From: Stellaceae bacterium
Lineage (GTDB): Bacteria > Pseudomonadota > Alphaproteobacteria > ATCC43930 > CGMCC-115725
Reading direction: 5' to 3'
DNA: 33,309 nucleotides
Assembly (NCBI GenBank): GCA_035523855.1
Contig: DATKPX010000014.1
Coordinates: 1 to 33,309, forward strand
Shown: positions 32,614-33,309 of the stretch, one piece after another
Layout of the letters: each line of letters starts with the position of its first letter
How positions within the stretch are numbered: the first letter of the stretch is position 1
Notes under the pieces: generated by a model
Database searches by the model: none
Seen by the model: only the letters and a program-made list of their open reading frames with translations
Told to the model about the DNA's origin: nothing
Translations under genes and position numbers: made by a program

Positions 32614-33309
32614 ATGACCGACGCATCGGCGAAGCCGCTGGCACCGGGCCTCATCGCGCGGGTGGCGGCGGGGCTGCGCTGGATCGCCGGCGGCGATCCG
32701 CCGGACTGGTTCGGGCCGCTGCAGCCGCTGCCGCCGATGGCGCCGCCGGCGATCGCTGGGCGCAGCTTCGACTTCCCGGTCGGCGTCAACCTCCGGATCG
32801 GGCCGCGCCCCGACGAGCCCATCAGCTTCGCGGAGCTCCGCGCGCTCGCCGAGCGCTACGATCTCCTCCGCCTGGTGCTGGAGACGCGGAAGGACCAGAT
32901 CGCCAGGCTCGACTGGTCGGTCCGCAAGCGCATCGGCCGCGCCGACAGCGCCGGCGCCGGCGACGCGCGCATCGACGCGGTCGAGGATCTCCTCCGCCGT
33001 CCCGACCGCGAGCACGATTTCGCCACCTGGCTCCGCCTCCTGCTGGAGGACCTGCTGGTGATCGACGCCCCCACCCTCTACGTGCGGCGGGATGGCGGCG
33101 GCGCCGTCTACGCATTGGAAGTGGTGGACGGCGCCACCATCAAGCGCGTCATCGACGAGCGCGGCCGGACGCCGCTGCCGCCGCAGCCCGCCTATCAGCA
33201 GATCCTGAAGGGGATGCCGGCCATCGACTACACCACCGACGAGCTGATCTACCGCCCGCGCAATCCCCGCCCGCACAAGATCTACGGCTTCTCGCCGGTG
33301 GAGCAGGTG
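32614..33309 (+). CDS. Phage portal protein, N-terminal 232 codons (runs off the window end)
   Basis: It is absent from the ORF track because no stop is reached. ATG 32614 follows AGGAA. The frame is open with high GC3: MTDASAKPLAPG...DLLRLVLETRKDQIARLDW...IYGFSPVEQV. It sits immediately after terL. Confidence 0.7.
   Translation, partial: MTDASAKPLAPGLIARVAAGLRWIAGGDPPDWFGPLQPLPPMAPPAIAGRSFDFPVGVNLRIGPRPDEPISFAELRALAERYDLLRLVLETRKDQIARLDWSVRKRIGRADSAGAGDARIDAVEDLLRRPDREHDFATWLRLLLEDLLVIDAPTLYVRRDGGGAVYALEVVDGATIKRVIDERGRTPLPPQPAYQQILKGMPAIDYTTDELIYRPRNPRPHKIYGFSPVEQV

Larger units (their letters stand above)
30493..33309 (+). mobile_element. Phage-derived packaging/head module (prophage, remnant or GTA-like), continuing beyond the window
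   Basis: terS-terL-portal in the canonical order. Confidence 0.65.

Noticed and set aside
1-33309. Scan for CRISPR arrays, tRNA/rRNA genes, IS elements/transposases, integrases and att direct repeats
   Set aside because: Reading both strands showed no regularly spaced short repeats, no cloverleaf-like or rRNA-like segments, and no transposase or recombinase motifs. Exact direct repeats flanking the phage-like blocks cannot be excluded without a computational search.

Overview
Very GC-rich alphaproteobacterial (Rhizobiales-like) chromosomal window; the taxon is inferred from a SAM-II riboswitch, a GAAC-N7-GAAC SOS box, a GcrA-like motif and intergenic palindromic repeats. Bases 1-12.1 kb hold ordinary metabolism: a D-carbamoylase (5' truncated), flavin reductase, MaoC dehydratase, thiolase, SDR, two 3-hydroxyacyl-CoA dehydrogenase-family genes, an acyl-CoA ligase, a TauE/SafE exporter, and metZ behind a SAM-II riboswitch. 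Bases 12.1-14.9 kb hold a phage-type immunity and early-regulation module: a cI/LexA-like S24 repressor with a translationally coupled unknown gene, a divergent switch region carrying an SOS box, a GcrA-C-terminal-like Cys-motif protein, an HTH-like phage protein and a NUDIX hydrolase. Bases 14.9-24.1 kb look host-like: rlpA, a Tyr/Pro-rich lipoprotein, a citrate-synthase-family gene, a second NUDIX, cupins, a Na/Pi-PhoU transporter, a VOC protein, nitronate monooxygenase, DUF427 and two tandem hemerythrins. Bases 24.1-30.3 kb are the best candidate for an undescribed system. They carry a co-oriented minus-strand array of a degenerate alpha/beta-hydrolase-like protein, a 276-aa unknown, a wHTH-NB-ARC-TPR STAND ATPase, a 332-aa lipoprotein and a 116-aa helical protein, starting 357 nt from and divergent to a phage terS-terL-portal module (30.6 kb to the window end). 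I saw no integrase, tRNA, rRNA, CRISPR array or IS element. Many long ORFs in the track are off-frame or antisense artefacts of the high GC content. All functional calls come from reading motifs and from memory of protein families, not from database searches.
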